From assembly GCA_963668315.1 (NCBI GenBank), contig OY764216.1:4928001-4992000 (forward strand): DNA of 64,000 nt. The letters run 5' to 3'. The notes beneath the pieces were generated by a model. That model saw nothing but the letters and a program-made list of their open reading frames with translations, was not told where the DNA came from and did no database searches. A program made the position numbers and the translations under genes. Origin of the DNA: Spirochaetia bacterium. Its GTDB lineage: Bacteria > Spirochaetota > Spirochaetia > DSM-2461. Positions 9,274 to 19,149 of the stretch are shown piece by piece; position 1 is the stretch's first letter; each line of letters opens with the position of its first letter.

Positions 9274-10188
9274 ATGAATAAAAAGCTGCATGACAATTTA
9301 ACTTCCTATGCCTTTCTGACGCCCTGGCTTATCGGTTTTTTCGCCCTGACCCTTTATCCCATGTTCTCCTCCCTGTACCTGGCCTTTACCCAGTACAGCC
9401 TCAGGCAGCCCCCCATGTGGATAGGATTCCGGAACTTCATAACCATGTTCGGAGGAAATGAAACAATAAGGGGGGATGAGCGTTTTCTGAACTCCGTGGT
9501 CGTCACCTTCAAGTTCGTGTTTCTTTCGGTCCCCCTCAAGCTGATTTTTGCCCTGGCCGTGGCGATGCTGATGAATAAAAAGCTCCGTCTCATCGGCCTC
9601 TATCGGGCCCTTTACTATATCCCCACCCTCCTGGGCGGTTCCGTGGCTATCGCGGTTCTCTGGCGGCGGATGTTCGCCGGCGACGGTCTTCTCAACCTTA
9701 TCCTGATGAAGCTGTTAGGCCTCTCCGACCTTCCCTCGTGGATATCCAATCCCAAATACGCCCTGGGAACGCTTATTCTTCTGGCGGTCTGGCAGTTCGG
9801 TTCGCCCATGATCATTTTCCTGGCCGGGCTTCAGCAGATTCCCAAGGAGTTCTACGAGGCGTCCAGCGTGGACGGGGCCGGAAAGATACGCCAGTTTTTC
9901 GCCATCACCCTCCCCGGACTGTCACCGATCATCTTCTTCAACCTGGTTATGCAGATGGTCAGCGCCTTCCAGTCCTTTACCCAGGCTTTTATCGTCTCCG
10001 GCGGATCGGGAGGTCCCCTGGATTCGACCATGTTCTACAGCCTTTACCTCTACATCAAAGGATTCGGCTTTTCAGAGATGGGATACGCCGCCGCCATGGC
10101 ATGGGTTCTCCTCCTTATCATAGCCGGTCTTACCATAGTAGCCTTTAAGGTTTCCGGCAATCTGGTAACCTACGGAAGCGGAGAGTAA
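9274..10188 (+). CDS. Carbohydrate ABC transporter permease (CUT1)
   Basis: EAA loop LQQIPKEFYEASSVDGAG; hydrophobic helices. Confidence 0.9.
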   Translation: MNKKLHDNLTSYAFLTPWLIGFFALTLYPMFSSLYLAFTQYSLRQPPMWIGFRNFITMFGGNETIRGDERFLNSVVVTFKFVFLSVPLKLIFALAVAMLMNKKLRLIGLYRALYYIPTLLGGSVAIAVLWRRMFAGDGLLNLILMKLLGLSDLPSWISNPKYALGTLILLAVWQFGSPMIIFLAGLQQIPKEFYEASSVDGAGKIRQFFAITLPGLSPIIFFNLVMQMVSAFQSFTQAFIVSGGSGGPLDSTMFYSLYLYIKGFGFSEMGYAAAMAWVLLLIIAGLTIVAFKVSGNLVTYGSGE

Positions 10189-10192
10189 AAGA

Positions 10193-11044
10193 ATGATCAA
10201 TATCAACGCCAAAGAAACGACAAAGTCCCTGCTTCTGAACCTATTTATTCTTCTCCTCGGTTTCGGAATGCTCTACCCGATCCTGTGGCTTATCGGAGCC
10301 TCCTTCAAGCCCAGCAACATGATCTTCACCGACCCGGGCATACTTCCCAAGTCCTTCCACTTCGGGAACTATTCCGAAGGCTGGAAAGGTATCGGCATCG
10401 TCGGGTTCGGAACCTTCTTCAAGAACAGTTTCACCATCTGTATCCTCAGCGCCCTGGGAAACGTTATTTTCTGTTCCCTCACGGCCTACGCCTTCGCCCG
10501 GCTGAACTTCGTGGGAAAGAAAGTGTGGTTCGCCGTCATGATGCTGACCCTTATGCTGCCGGCCCACGTCACGACGATTCCCCGGTATATCATGTTCCGC
10601 TCCTTCGGCTGGATCAACACCTTCCTGCCCATCGTCGTTCCCAAGTACTTTGCTACCGACGCCTTCTTTATCTTTCTTCTCGTTCAGTTCATCCGCGGTC
10701 TTCCCCGGGATCTGGATGAATCGGCCTATCTGGACGGCTGTTCCAAGTTCGGGATTTTCACCCGGATCATCATGCCCCTGACCACTCCGGCGGTCATCTC
10801 CACGGTGCTTTTCTCCTTTCTGTGGACCTGGGACGACTTTTTCAATCAGCTTCTCTACCTGACGTCGCCCAACAAATATACGGTCCCCATGGGCCTGAGA
10901 CTCTTCCTCGACGCTTCGGGAAAATCGTCCTGGGGCCCCATGTTCGCCATGTCGGTTCTCTCACTGTTTCCGGCATTCATACTCTTCTTTTCCCTGCAGA
11001 AATACTTCGTCAAGGGAATCGCCACTACAGGAATAAAGGGCTGA
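10193..11044 (+). CDS. Carbohydrate ABC transporter permease (CUT1)
   Basis: LPRDLDESAYLDGCS EAA motif; QKYFVKGIATTGIKG C-terminus. Confidence 0.9.
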   Translation: MININAKETTKSLLLNLFILLLGFGMLYPILWLIGASFKPSNMIFTDPGILPKSFHFGNYSEGWKGIGIVGFGTFFKNSFTICILSALGNVIFCSLTAYAFARLNFVGKKVWFAVMMLTLMLPAHVTTIPRYIMFRSFGWINTFLPIVVPKYFATDAFFIFLLVQFIRGLPRDLDESAYLDGCSKFGIFTRIIMPLTTPAVISTVLFSFLWTWDDFFNQLLYLTSPNKYTVPMGLRLFLDASGKSSWGPMFAMSVLSLFPAFILFFSLQKYFVKGIATTGIKG

Positions 11045-11071
11045 TAACCCTTAAAATATTTGGAGGAAAAA

Positions 11072-12346
11072 ATGAAAAAAATCTTTATGATTTCTTTAGT
11101 AACCATGGCTCTCGTATCGGCCGTTTTCGCGAACGGCAAGTCCGATGCGGCGGCCGCAGACGACGGAACCATCCGATGGGCCTACTGGGGAAGCGGTGAG
11201 CGCGTCACCATCAGCCAGGAAGCGATTGATCTGTACCAGTCCAGAAATCCCGATATCAAAATCAATCCGGAAGTATCCGGCGGTGCGGGAGACCACTTTG
11301 TAAAGGTCGATACCCAGCTGGCCGGAGGAATGGGCCCGGACATTATCCAGATGGGAGGCAATATCTATGACTACAGCGACGTGATTCTTCCCCTGGATGC
11401 CTATGCCGGAACCCTTCTGGATGTAGACGCCATCGACGACAGCGCCATCGCTTCCGGTACCATCAACGGCGAACTCAAGGGAGTTTCCACCGGTGTTACC
11501 ATGCCGGCCCTTGTCTATAATAAAAGCCTGATCGAAAAAGCGGGAGTTCCCCTCCCCTCTTTCTCCATGACCTATGGCGAATTCCGGGACTACCTGATGC
11601 TGCTCAAGTCCAAACTCCCCAGCGGCGTTTACCCCATGCAGGATATCGGCGTAACTTCCAGCAGTTCCACCGCCTTCGGATACTGGACACGCTACAACGG
11701 CACTCCCCTTTATAATGCCGATTCCAACACAACCGGTGTAACAGCCGCCGCCGGTAAGAAATATCTCGATCTTTTCAAGGATTACCGGGACAACGGTCTC
11801 GTACCTCCCCCGGATGTTGCCGCGGGCTACGCCGAATCCAACGCGGACACTTCTGCTCTTATCGCCGGTAAAGTGGCCATTGCCTTTCTCTTTACCAATC
11901 AGCTGAGCGGATACCAGGCCGCCACCACCGATGAGCTTGATTTCATCGAATTCCCCGGCGCCGCCGCTACCAAAGCTCTGTGGCAGGCTCCCAGTCAGTT
12001 CTACACGGTGAACAAGGAGTCCAAGAATATCGAGGAGACGGTGAAATTCATAAACTTCCTCGTTAACGATCCCGATGCCGCCAAGATTCTGGGAAGCAAC
12101 CGGGGAGCCTCCGCCTCCTCCACGGCCCGTGCCGCCGGAGCTTCTTCCGCAACGGACCAGAAAGTTTTCGATTATCTTGGAAAATCCTCCGACCACTCCT
12201 CCCTGGAAACGGATCACGTTCCGAACGATACGGAATTCAACAGCACCCTGTTCCTGATCTACCAGAGAGCGGCCTTCGGCCAGATCGATACGACCGAAGG
12301 GGGAGCTCAGATTTACGATCTGATTACCCGCATGATCTCCAAATAA
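11072..12346 (+). CDS. Oligosaccharide ABC transporter solute-binding protein
   Basis: Signal peptide ending FANG; IRWAYWGS, GPDIIQM, ALVYNKSLIEKAG. Confidence 0.9.
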   Translation: MKKIFMISLVTMALVSAVFANGKSDAAAADDGTIRWAYWGSGERVTISQEAIDLYQSRNPDIKINPEVSGGAGDHFVKVDTQLAGGMGPDIIQMGGNIYDYSDVILPLDAYAGTLLDVDAIDDSAIASGTINGELKGVSTGVTMPALVYNKSLIEKAGVPLPSFSMTYGEFRDYLMLLKSKLPSGVYPMQDIGVTSSSSTAFGYWTRYNGTPLYNADSNTTGVTAAAGKKYLDLFKDYRDNGLVPPPDVAAGYAESNADTSALIAGKVAIAFLFTNQLSGYQAATTDELDFIEFPGAAATKALWQAPSQFYTVNKESKNIEETVKFINFLVNDPDAAKILGSNRGASASSTARAAGASSATDQKVFDYLGKSSDHSSLETDHVPNDTEFNSTLFLIYQRAAFGQIDTTEGGAQIYDLITRMISK

Positions 12347-12429
12347 GACATCGTATTATTTAACACATTCATAGAAGAGGGCAGACATGAAAGCGTCTGC
12401 CCTCTCTCTTTACAAAAGGAAGTGCTCCA

Positions 12430-13338
12430 TTGATAAAAAGAGAAGAAATACAGATCCGCGACCCCTTCGTCTTCGCAGAGGAGAAGGAGGGGAAGTACTA
12501 CCTCTTCGGTACAACCGACAAGAACCCCTGGAATCAGAAAGGAGTGGGCTTTGACGCCTACGTAAGCACAGACCTGGAAAACTTTGATGGTCCCTATCAG
12601 GTGTTTACACCTTCTGAAACATTCTGGGGAACCCATGATTTCTGGGCGCCCGAGGTTCATAAGTTCCAGGACAAATACTATCTTTTTGCCAGTTTCACTT
12701 CCGATTCCCGCCGCCGGGGAACCCAGATTATGGTCTCCGATGTTCCTCTTGGCCCCTATCGGCCCCTCGTCAACGACGCAGTCACGCCGGGAGAGTGGGA
12801 ATGTCTGGATGGGACCCTCTATGTGGACGGGAAAAATACCCCCTGGATCGTCTTCTGCCACGAGTGGGTCCAGGCCAATGACGGGGCGATCTATGCCATG
12901 CCCCTGAGCAGTGATCTCTCCCGGAGCGCCGGGGAGCCCCGCCTTCTCTTCAACGCTTCCGCCGCCCCCTGGTCCTGCCCGCGTGAGAGGCGTGACGGTT
13001 CGGGAATTTGCGATGCCCGGATTACCGACGGCCCCTTCATGCACCGGCAAAATGACGGCCTCCTTATCATGCTCTGGTCCAGTATCGGAGATAAGGGTTA
13101 TGCCATGGGCTGTGCCCTTTCCGAATCGGGAGAGCTGGGAGGCCCCTGGAAGCAGAGTCCCGAACCTCTTATCTCCCAGGACGGGGGCCATGGGATGGTT
13201 TTTACCGATTTTACCGGCGAACTGCAGCTGACCTACCACACACCTAACAAGACACCCTTTGAGCGCTTTGTCTATCAGGGTGTAAAAGAAACGGAGAAAG
13301 GACTGATCCTGTCCGATACAGCAGAGGAGAAAAAATGA
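12430..13338 (+). CDS. Glycoside hydrolase family 43 protein
   Basis: IRDPFV, FWAPEV, CLDGTLY motifs of the GH43 beta-propeller. Confidence 0.85.
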   Translation: MIKREEIQIRDPFVFAEEKEGKYYLFGTTDKNPWNQKGVGFDAYVSTDLENFDGPYQVFTPSETFWGTHDFWAPEVHKFQDKYYLFASFTSDSRRRGTQIMVSDVPLGPYRPLVNDAVTPGEWECLDGTLYVDGKNTPWIVFCHEWVQANDGAIYAMPLSSDLSRSAGEPRLLFNASAAPWSCPRERRDGSGICDARITDGPFMHRQNDGLLIMLWSSIGDKGYAMGCALSESGELGGPWKQSPEPLISQDGGHGMVFTDFTGELQLTYHTPNKTPFERFVYQGVKETEKGLILSDTAEEKK

Positions 13339-15422
13339 GCCCCATTGACCGAAAAGCCCTGGTAAAAAGACACAATCCCGTAATGAAGACATGGCAGCCG
13401 GAGAGCCCCCTTTCCCTCGGCAACGGGGATTTCGCCTATACGGCGGATATCACGGGTATGCAGACCTTCGGGGATAATCCGGACGGATGCATCCCCCGGT
13501 GCACGATGAGCCAGTGGGGCTTCCACTCCTATCCCGATGCTCCGGAGAGCGATGGGGATTTACGCCTGCAGGAGTTTGCCTGCGGAGAGAGAACGGTGGG
13601 CTACATGACCGATGACCGGGGTCAGGAAGAGCTCTATCACGGTTTACGCCTTAATCCCCACCGCTTTCATCTGGGCAAAGCCGGTCTTTATATCGATGCC
13701 GCCGAGGAGGATGCGGCCGGTCCCCTCTCAGAGAGACTCCTGGACTCCCGGATGGAGAAAACGGAGCAGACCCTGGACATGTGGACGGGAAAACTGACCA
13801 GTACCTTTCGACTCGACGGCCGTCCCGTGAAAGTGGAAAGCCTCTGCCACCCTTCCCTCGATCTGCTCTCCTTCCGTTTGGAATCGCCCCTGCTGAAGGA
13901 AGGAAAAATCGGCCTGGATCTGAGGTTTCCCTGCCCCTCCCACGAAAAGGAAGGAGCCGACTGGTCAAAACAATCCGCCCACACTTCGGTTCTGGAAGCC
14001 CGGACGCCCTTCAACTATGCCGTCAACCGGGAACTGGACAGCTTTCGCTATGAGGTTCTCGTCGGTTTCAACGGGGAATCGGCCGTTTCCGTGAAGGAGA
14101 GAGGAGAACATCGCTGGGTGTTCACATCGGAGGGGGATGTTCTGGAATTTTCCCTGCTTTTCCGCGAGGCCGGTTCCTCTCCGGCAGACCTGCCCCTTTA
14201 CGGGGAGACGGAAGAGGCCTGCCGAAAGCATTGGAACGCCTTCTGGCAGGAAGGAGCAGCCGTCTCTTTCGAGGGAAGTACCGATAAAAGGGCCATGGAG
14301 CTGGAGAGACGGGTCGTCCTCTCCCAGTACCTTCTGGCACTGCAGAGCCTGGGTTCCCTTCCGCCGGCGGAGACGGGACTGACCTGCAACAGCTGGTACG
14401 GTAAGTTCCATCTGGAAATGCACATCTGGCACGCCCTTCACGGACTTCTCTGGAACAGGGCAGATCTGGTGGAACGCAGCCTGGGATGGTACGGAGAGAT
14501 TCTCCCCTCGGCCCGGCGAAGGGCGGAAAAGCAGGGTTACGCCGGTGTCCGGTGGCCCAAAATGACCGACAAAACCGGCAGGGACAGCCCCTCCCCCATT
14601 GGAACGCTCCTGTGCTGGCAGCAGCCCCATATCATCCTTTTTGCCGAACTGCTCTACCGGGTGAACCGGGAGGAGCGGGTACTGCATCAGTATGCCGAAA
14701 GGGTCTTTCAGACCGCCGAATTCATGGCCGACTACCCCCTCCGGGATGAAGAGAAGCAACGCTATATACTCGGCCCCCCCCTCATCCCCGCCCAGGAGAA
14801 CCACGCCCCGGAGGATACGGTGAATCCCGTTTTTGAACTGGAATACTGGCGCTGGGGGCTGAAGACGGCTCTGGAATGGAAAAAAAGACTCGCCGAGGAA
14901 GCCCCCGGAAAATGGGAAGAGGTGCTGACACGATTGAGCGCCTGCCCTACCGATCCGCAGGGGGAAAAGTACCTGGCCCACGAGAATTGTCCCGATACCT
15001 ACGGCCGCTACGCCACCGACCACCCCTCCATGCTCATGGCCTTCGGCCTGCTTCCCCCCCAGTCGATTGATCCCTCCCTTATGTCGAACAGTTTCGATGC
15101 CGTACGGGAGAGCTGGCGGTTTCCCACCATGTGGGGCTGGGACTTCCCGACCATGGCCATGACCCTGGCCCGGCTGGGACGGAGGAAAGACGCCGTGGAC
15201 ATGCTGCTTCTGGATTCGGACAAGAATACCTATGTGCTTAACGGCCACAACCGCCAGGTCGGCTCCGATGACCTTCCCCTCTATCTTCCCGGCAACGGGG
15301 GACTGCTCATCGCCGTGGCCATGATGGCCGCCGGCTGGGACGGTTCCGCAGGCGGAGCTCCGGGATTCCCCGATGACGGCAGCTGGAAAGTCCGTTGCGA
15401 GGGGATGGCCCCTTATCTGTAA
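13335..15422 (+). CDS. Six-hairpin glycosidase-like protein (GH65/GH95-related, uncharacterised)
   Basis: LSLGNGDF N-terminus, NSWYGKFHLEM, GPPLIPAQE, DHPSML, WGWDFP, YLPGNGGLL; coupled to the GH43 gene (ATGA overlap). Confidence 0.65.
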   Translation: MSPIDRKALVKRHNPVMKTWQPESPLSLGNGDFAYTADITGMQTFGDNPDGCIPRCTMSQWGFHSYPDAPESDGDLRLQEFACGERTVGYMTDDRGQEELYHGLRLNPHRFHLGKAGLYIDAAEEDAAGPLSERLLDSRMEKTEQTLDMWTGKLTSTFRLDGRPVKVESLCHPSLDLLSFRLESPLLKEGKIGLDLRFPCPSHEKEGADWSKQSAHTSVLEARTPFNYAVNRELDSFRYEVLVGFNGESAVSVKERGEHRWVFTSEGDVLEFSLLFREAGSSPADLPLYGETEEACRKHWNAFWQEGAAVSFEGSTDKRAMELERRVVLSQYLLALQSLGSLPPAETGLTCNSWYGKFHLEMHIWHALHGLLWNRADLVERSLGWYGEILPSARRRAEKQGYAGVRWPKMTDKTGRDSPSPIGTLLCWQQPHIILFAELLYRVNREERVLHQYAERVFQTAEFMADYPLRDEEKQRYILGPPLIPAQENHAPEDTVNPVFELEYWRWGLKTALEWKKRLAEEAPGKWEEVLTRLSACPTDPQGEKYLAHENCPDTYGRYATDHPSMLMAFGLLPPQSIDPSLMSNSFDAVRESWRFPTMWGWDFPTMAMTLARLGRRKDAVDMLLLDSDKNTYVLNGHNRQVGSDDLPLYLPGNGGLLIAVAMMAAGWDGSAGGAPGFPDDGSWKVRCEGMAPYL

Positions 15423-15493
15423 GGAAACCGGTTCCCCCGCTCTCCCCTTAACCATGAGGCCAGGCGATGTGAGGATATACCGTGAATCGGAGA

Positions 15494-16528
15494 TTATTCG
15501 GCCGGCTCCTTCTCAAGGGCCTTCTGAAGCAGCACGGCCCCCAGAATCAGGATACCCTTGATAAGGTCATTGACGAAAGCCGGGACCTGAAAAGCGGAAA
15601 GAATAGCGTCTATAGCATAAAGAATAACCGCTCCGAAAAAGGCTCCCTGGATGCGTCCGCGCCCCCCGGACATGGACGTTCCCCCGATGGCGACGGCGGC
15701 GATGACATCGAGCTCGAACCCTTTGCCCGCCGTGGCGACATCGACCGAACCGAAGCGGGTAATATAGAGAAATCCGGCGGCCCCCGTGAGGATTCCCGTT
15801 ATCGTGAATATGGCGACTTTTACCAGTTTGATATTGATGCCGGTTAACCGTGAAGCCTTTTCATTCGATCCGATGGCATAAACATACTTGCCGAACTTCG
15901 TTTTGGTCATAACGAACCAGATAAAAAGGGTCATGGCGATAAAGATCAGGACGAGATAGGGAATCGGGCCGACCTTCCCGTATCCGATGGGCCGGAGAAT
16001 CTCAAAATAGGCGTCGTTATCCACGATCTGAGGGCCGCCGTGGCCGAACTGTATGGTTATGGAACGGTAACCGACCAGCGTTGCCAGAGTCACGATAAAG
16101 GCCGCGACTTTGGCGATACCGACGAATAGGCCGTTGAAGAGCCCCAGCAGAAACCCCATCCCCACCGTTGCCAGCAGGGTAAAGAAAATACTGTATGTCG
16201 AATTGAAGACAACCACGCCGATAGCCGCCGTGAGCCCCAGAATCGATCCGACGGAAAGGTCTATATTGCCCGAAATGATAACCAGGGACATTCCCAGTGC
16301 GATAATTCCGATAAAAACGGATGATTTCAACAGGTTGACCAGACTGGCCATGGAAAGAAACTGATCGCTGGCGATCCGCCCGATGATAAGCAGGAGAATC
16401 AGCGATAATATGTAATTGTGATCCACTACCAGTTTTTTTATCAGCAGAATAATCCTGTCGCCCACGGGGCTTTTGCCGATTACCGGTGATGTGTCCTCGG
16501 TTCCCTTCTTTTCTACCACATTACTCAT
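15494..16528 (-). CDS. Monosaccharide ABC transporter permease (RbsC-like)
   Basis: GNIDLSVGS, GKYVYAIGSNEKASRLTGI, FELDVIAAVAIGGTSMSGG. Confidence 0.9.
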   Translation of the reverse strand: MSNVVEKKGTEDTSPVIGKSPVGDRIILLIKKLVVDHNYILSLILLLIIGRIASDQFLSMASLVNLLKSSVFIGIIALGMSLVIISGNIDLSVGSILGLTAAIGVVVFNSTYSIFFTLLATVGMGFLLGLFNGLFVGIAKVAAFIVTLATLVGYRSITIQFGHGGPQIVDNDAYFEILRPIGYGKVGPIPYLVLIFIAMTLFIWFVMTKTKFGKYVYAIGSNEKASRLTGINIKLVKVAIFTITGILTGAAGFLYITRFGSVDVATAGKGFELDVIAAVAIGGTSMSGGRGRIQGAFFGAVILYAIDAILSAFQVPAFVNDLIKGILILGAVLLQKALEKEPAE

Positions 16529-16531
16529 AGT

Positions 16532-18031
16532 TTATTTCACCTTCTTATTTGACCCGGTTGCATAATACATCACGTCGAGTTCGTTTAATTCGCTTCGGGA
16601 GAACTCTCTGTTGATCTCCCCTTTATACATAACCAGACAGCGGTCGGCGATTTTATGAATCTCCGGATATTCCGAACTGAATACCAGCACGCTTTTCCCC
16701 TCCTCCGCCAGTTTGGTTATCAATTGATAAATCTCAAATTTTGCCCCCACATCGATTCCCTGGGTCGGATTGTCCAGAATATAGACATCCGAATCCAGGC
16801 CGAACCAGCGTGAGAAAATCACTTTCTGCTGATTTCCTCCGCTCAGGGAAGTTATTCTGTTATCCGGGTTGGCCGCCCTGATGTTGGTAATGCGTTTACT
16901 CGTTTCGTAACGGCGATTCTCTTCCCTGTCGCTTATGTAAAACTTTTTATGCTTGCAGGTAAAATACGCCATGGAGAGGTTGTCTTTAATGGAAAGGTCT
17001 TTGAGTATCGACCGTTCCTTACGGTTGCGGGGAACCATCGATACTCCCGATTTCATGATTTTAACGATGGATGATGACTGAATCTCTTTGCCTTTTAAAA
17101 TGATCTGACCGCCGGTAGCCTTCCGGGCGCCGAAAAGGCATTCGCTCAGCTCCCCTCTCCCGTCGCCGAAAAGGCCCGTGACGGCAACAATCTCTCCCTT
17201 GGACAAAGAAAAACTGATACCCTTAAAGTAATCACCATAGCTGAGGTCCTTTACTTCAAGAACAATCTCCTCTTTCTTCACCTCATTCGACTTCTCCACA
17301 ACTTCATGGGCCAGGCTCCTCCCGACCAGCATCTCCGTAATCTGCTGCTCATCCACATCGGTGAAATTACCGCTGGTAATGAACTTCCCGTCCCGCATGA
17401 CCGTATAGCGGTCGCAGATCTCAAACAGCTCGGGCATTTTGTGGGAGATGTAGATACAGCTGATTCCCTGGGACTTCAAGCCGCGCATAATCTCAAAAAG
17501 ATCGGCTATCTCCTCATTGGTAAGCGAAGTCGTCGGCTCATCCATAATGATCAGCCTGCAATCAAAAAGCAGGGCCCGGGCTATCTCTATCAGCTGCTTA
17601 CGGGACGTATCGAGGTCCCGCACATAGGCCGTCGGATCTATGTCGAGCTTCATTTTCTGCAGGATCTCCCATGACCGTCTTATCATCTCCCCTTTCTTCA
17701 GCACGATGCCCCCATAGGTGAGTTCATTGTGCAGAAAAAGGTTTTCGTAGACCTGCAGATCATTGACAAGATTCAGCTCCTGATGGATAAAACCAATGCC
17801 CAGGTGGGCCGATTTTATCGGTGTCAGGTGCGTGTGTTCCTCGCCGTTGATGACAATAGTGCCCGAATCCGGTCTGAGGATTCCCCCCAGCACATTCATC
17901 AGAGTCGATTTCCCGGCCCCGTTCTCTCCCAGTAGTCCGTGGATTTCAGATTCCCCCACAGTGAGAGAAACATCCTGAACGGCCTTGACGGCTTCGAAAC
18001 TCTTAAATATGTTCCTCATCTCTAAATGCAT
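16532..18031 (-). CDS. Monosaccharide ABC transporter ATPase (RbsA-like)
   Basis: GENGAGKSTL, IMDEPT, LSGGNQQK. Confidence 0.95.
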   Translation of the reverse strand: MHLEMRNIFKSFEAVKAVQDVSLTVGESEIHGLLGENGAGKSTLMNVLGGILRPDSGTIVINGEEHTHLTPIKSAHLGIGFIHQELNLVNDLQVYENLFLHNELTYGGIVLKKGEMIRRSWEILQKMKLDIDPTAYVRDLDTSRKQLIEIARALLFDCRLIIMDEPTTSLTNEEIADLFEIMRGLKSQGISCIYISHKMPELFEICDRYTVMRDGKFITSGNFTDVDEQQITEMLVGRSLAHEVVEKSNEVKKEEIVLEVKDLSYGDYFKGISFSLSKGEIVAVTGLFGDGRGELSECLFGARKATGGQIILKGKEIQSSSIVKIMKSGVSMVPRNRKERSILKDLSIKDNLSMAYFTCKHKKFYISDREENRRYETSKRITNIRAANPDNRITSLSGGNQQKVIFSRWFGLDSDVYILDNPTQGIDVGAKFEIYQLITKLAEEGKSVLVFSSEYPEIHKIADRCLVMYKGEINREFSRSELNELDVMYYATGSNKKVK

Positions 18032-18089
18032 AAGATTTCCTATTCAAGAAAATGATAAGGCCGGCGCTTGAACACCGGCCGGTTCTTTT

Positions 18090-19097
18090 TTAATAGAATG
18101 AATAACGCAGAGTGTAGACGGGACCTTTCTCAAAGTCCTTGTAGTTGCTGTTATCAACCATTTCCGTGGGGACCAGGTGCATTCCGGAAACCTCTTTACC
18201 GTCGAGTACATCTATTCCCAGCTGGATAGCCTCCACGACCATGGCGGGAGAGAAGGAGAAGGTGACGATATCGATTCCCAGATCCTTGTAGTGGTCATAG
18301 ACATCGAGCAGTTCCCTCGGAGCGCTGACGGCGGAAACGAGTTTCACATTGAGTTTCGCATCCCCGTCGTATCCCTCGAGAGCGGCAAGAAGGCCGAATG
18401 CCACATCGGCGTCATGGTTGAAAATGGCCTGAATACTCTCCACCTGTTCCTTGGTGCTGGAGCTGAGGAAGGTCTCAAGCTGCGTCTGGGCCGTATCCTT
18501 GCTCCAGTTCGTCACGTAGTCGTTCACCCTGACGAAGTTGGGGTCGGCCGTTTTCCAGAATCCGTCGGAACGCTGCTTGGGCACGCTGGAGTTGTCCCCC
18601 TTGAACTCGAGCATATTCACCTTGCCCCTGGCGAGTTCATCCTTGAAGTACTCGTTGAAATAGAGCCCGGAATCTTCACCTATGGTGAAGTTGTCACCCA
18701 TGAGCTCGGCGGTCTCATCGAAATTATTGATAAGCCTGTCATAGATGATCAGGGGGATTCCCGCATCGGCGATAGTCTGGGCGGCGGACTTGAGCTCATC
18801 CCCGTTATGGGGCCAGAGGACGACAACGTCGGCGCCCTGGGAAACGACCGTATCGATCTGATTGGCCTGCTCGACCACATCATCGGAAACGAGGAATACC
18901 GGTTTGTAGCCCTTCGCCTCGGCCAGTTCCTTCGTCGCATGCTCCGCATGCTTGATACTCTCACCCAGGAAACCGTGGTCTGCACTGGGCATGATGACCG
19001 CCAGGGTTTTCGTACCGCTCTCCTTTCCGCCACTGGCGCACAGGAGGGACATGCCGGACACCATGACGACCAGCAAGAGAACCATGATTTTTCTCAT
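18090..19097 (-). CDS. Monosaccharide ABC transporter solute-binding protein (RbsB-like)
   Basis: Signal peptide; QANQIDTVVSQGADVVVL, GIPLIIYDR. Confidence 0.85.
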   Translation of the reverse strand: MRKIMVLLLVVMVSGMSLLCASGGKESGTKTLAVIMPSADHGFLGESIKHAEHATKELAEAKGYKPVFLVSDDVVEQANQIDTVVSQGADVVVLWPHNGDELKSAAQTIADAGIPLIIYDRLINNFDETAELMGDNFTIGEDSGLYFNEYFKDELARGKVNMLEFKGDNSSVPKQRSDGFWKTADPNFVRVNDYVTNWSKDTAQTQLETFLSSSTKEQVESIQAIFNHDADVAFGLLAALEGYDGDAKLNVKLVSAVSAPRELLDVYDHYKDLGIDIVTFSFSPAMVVEAIQLGIDVLDGKEVSGMHLVPTEMVDNSNYKDFEKGPVYTLRYSFY

Positions 19098-19149
19098 AAC
19101 TTACTCCTTTTGAATTTTTTCGGAATTCCTAACCTATATTTATTCAGCC

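Noticed and set aside
13965..15455. Long antisense ORFs (also 2441-3454, 11096-12217, 29680-30831, 31627-32790, 50358-51968, 59954-61063)
   Set aside because: They are shadows of well-supported genes on the opposite strand, with no motifs; expected from codon bias.
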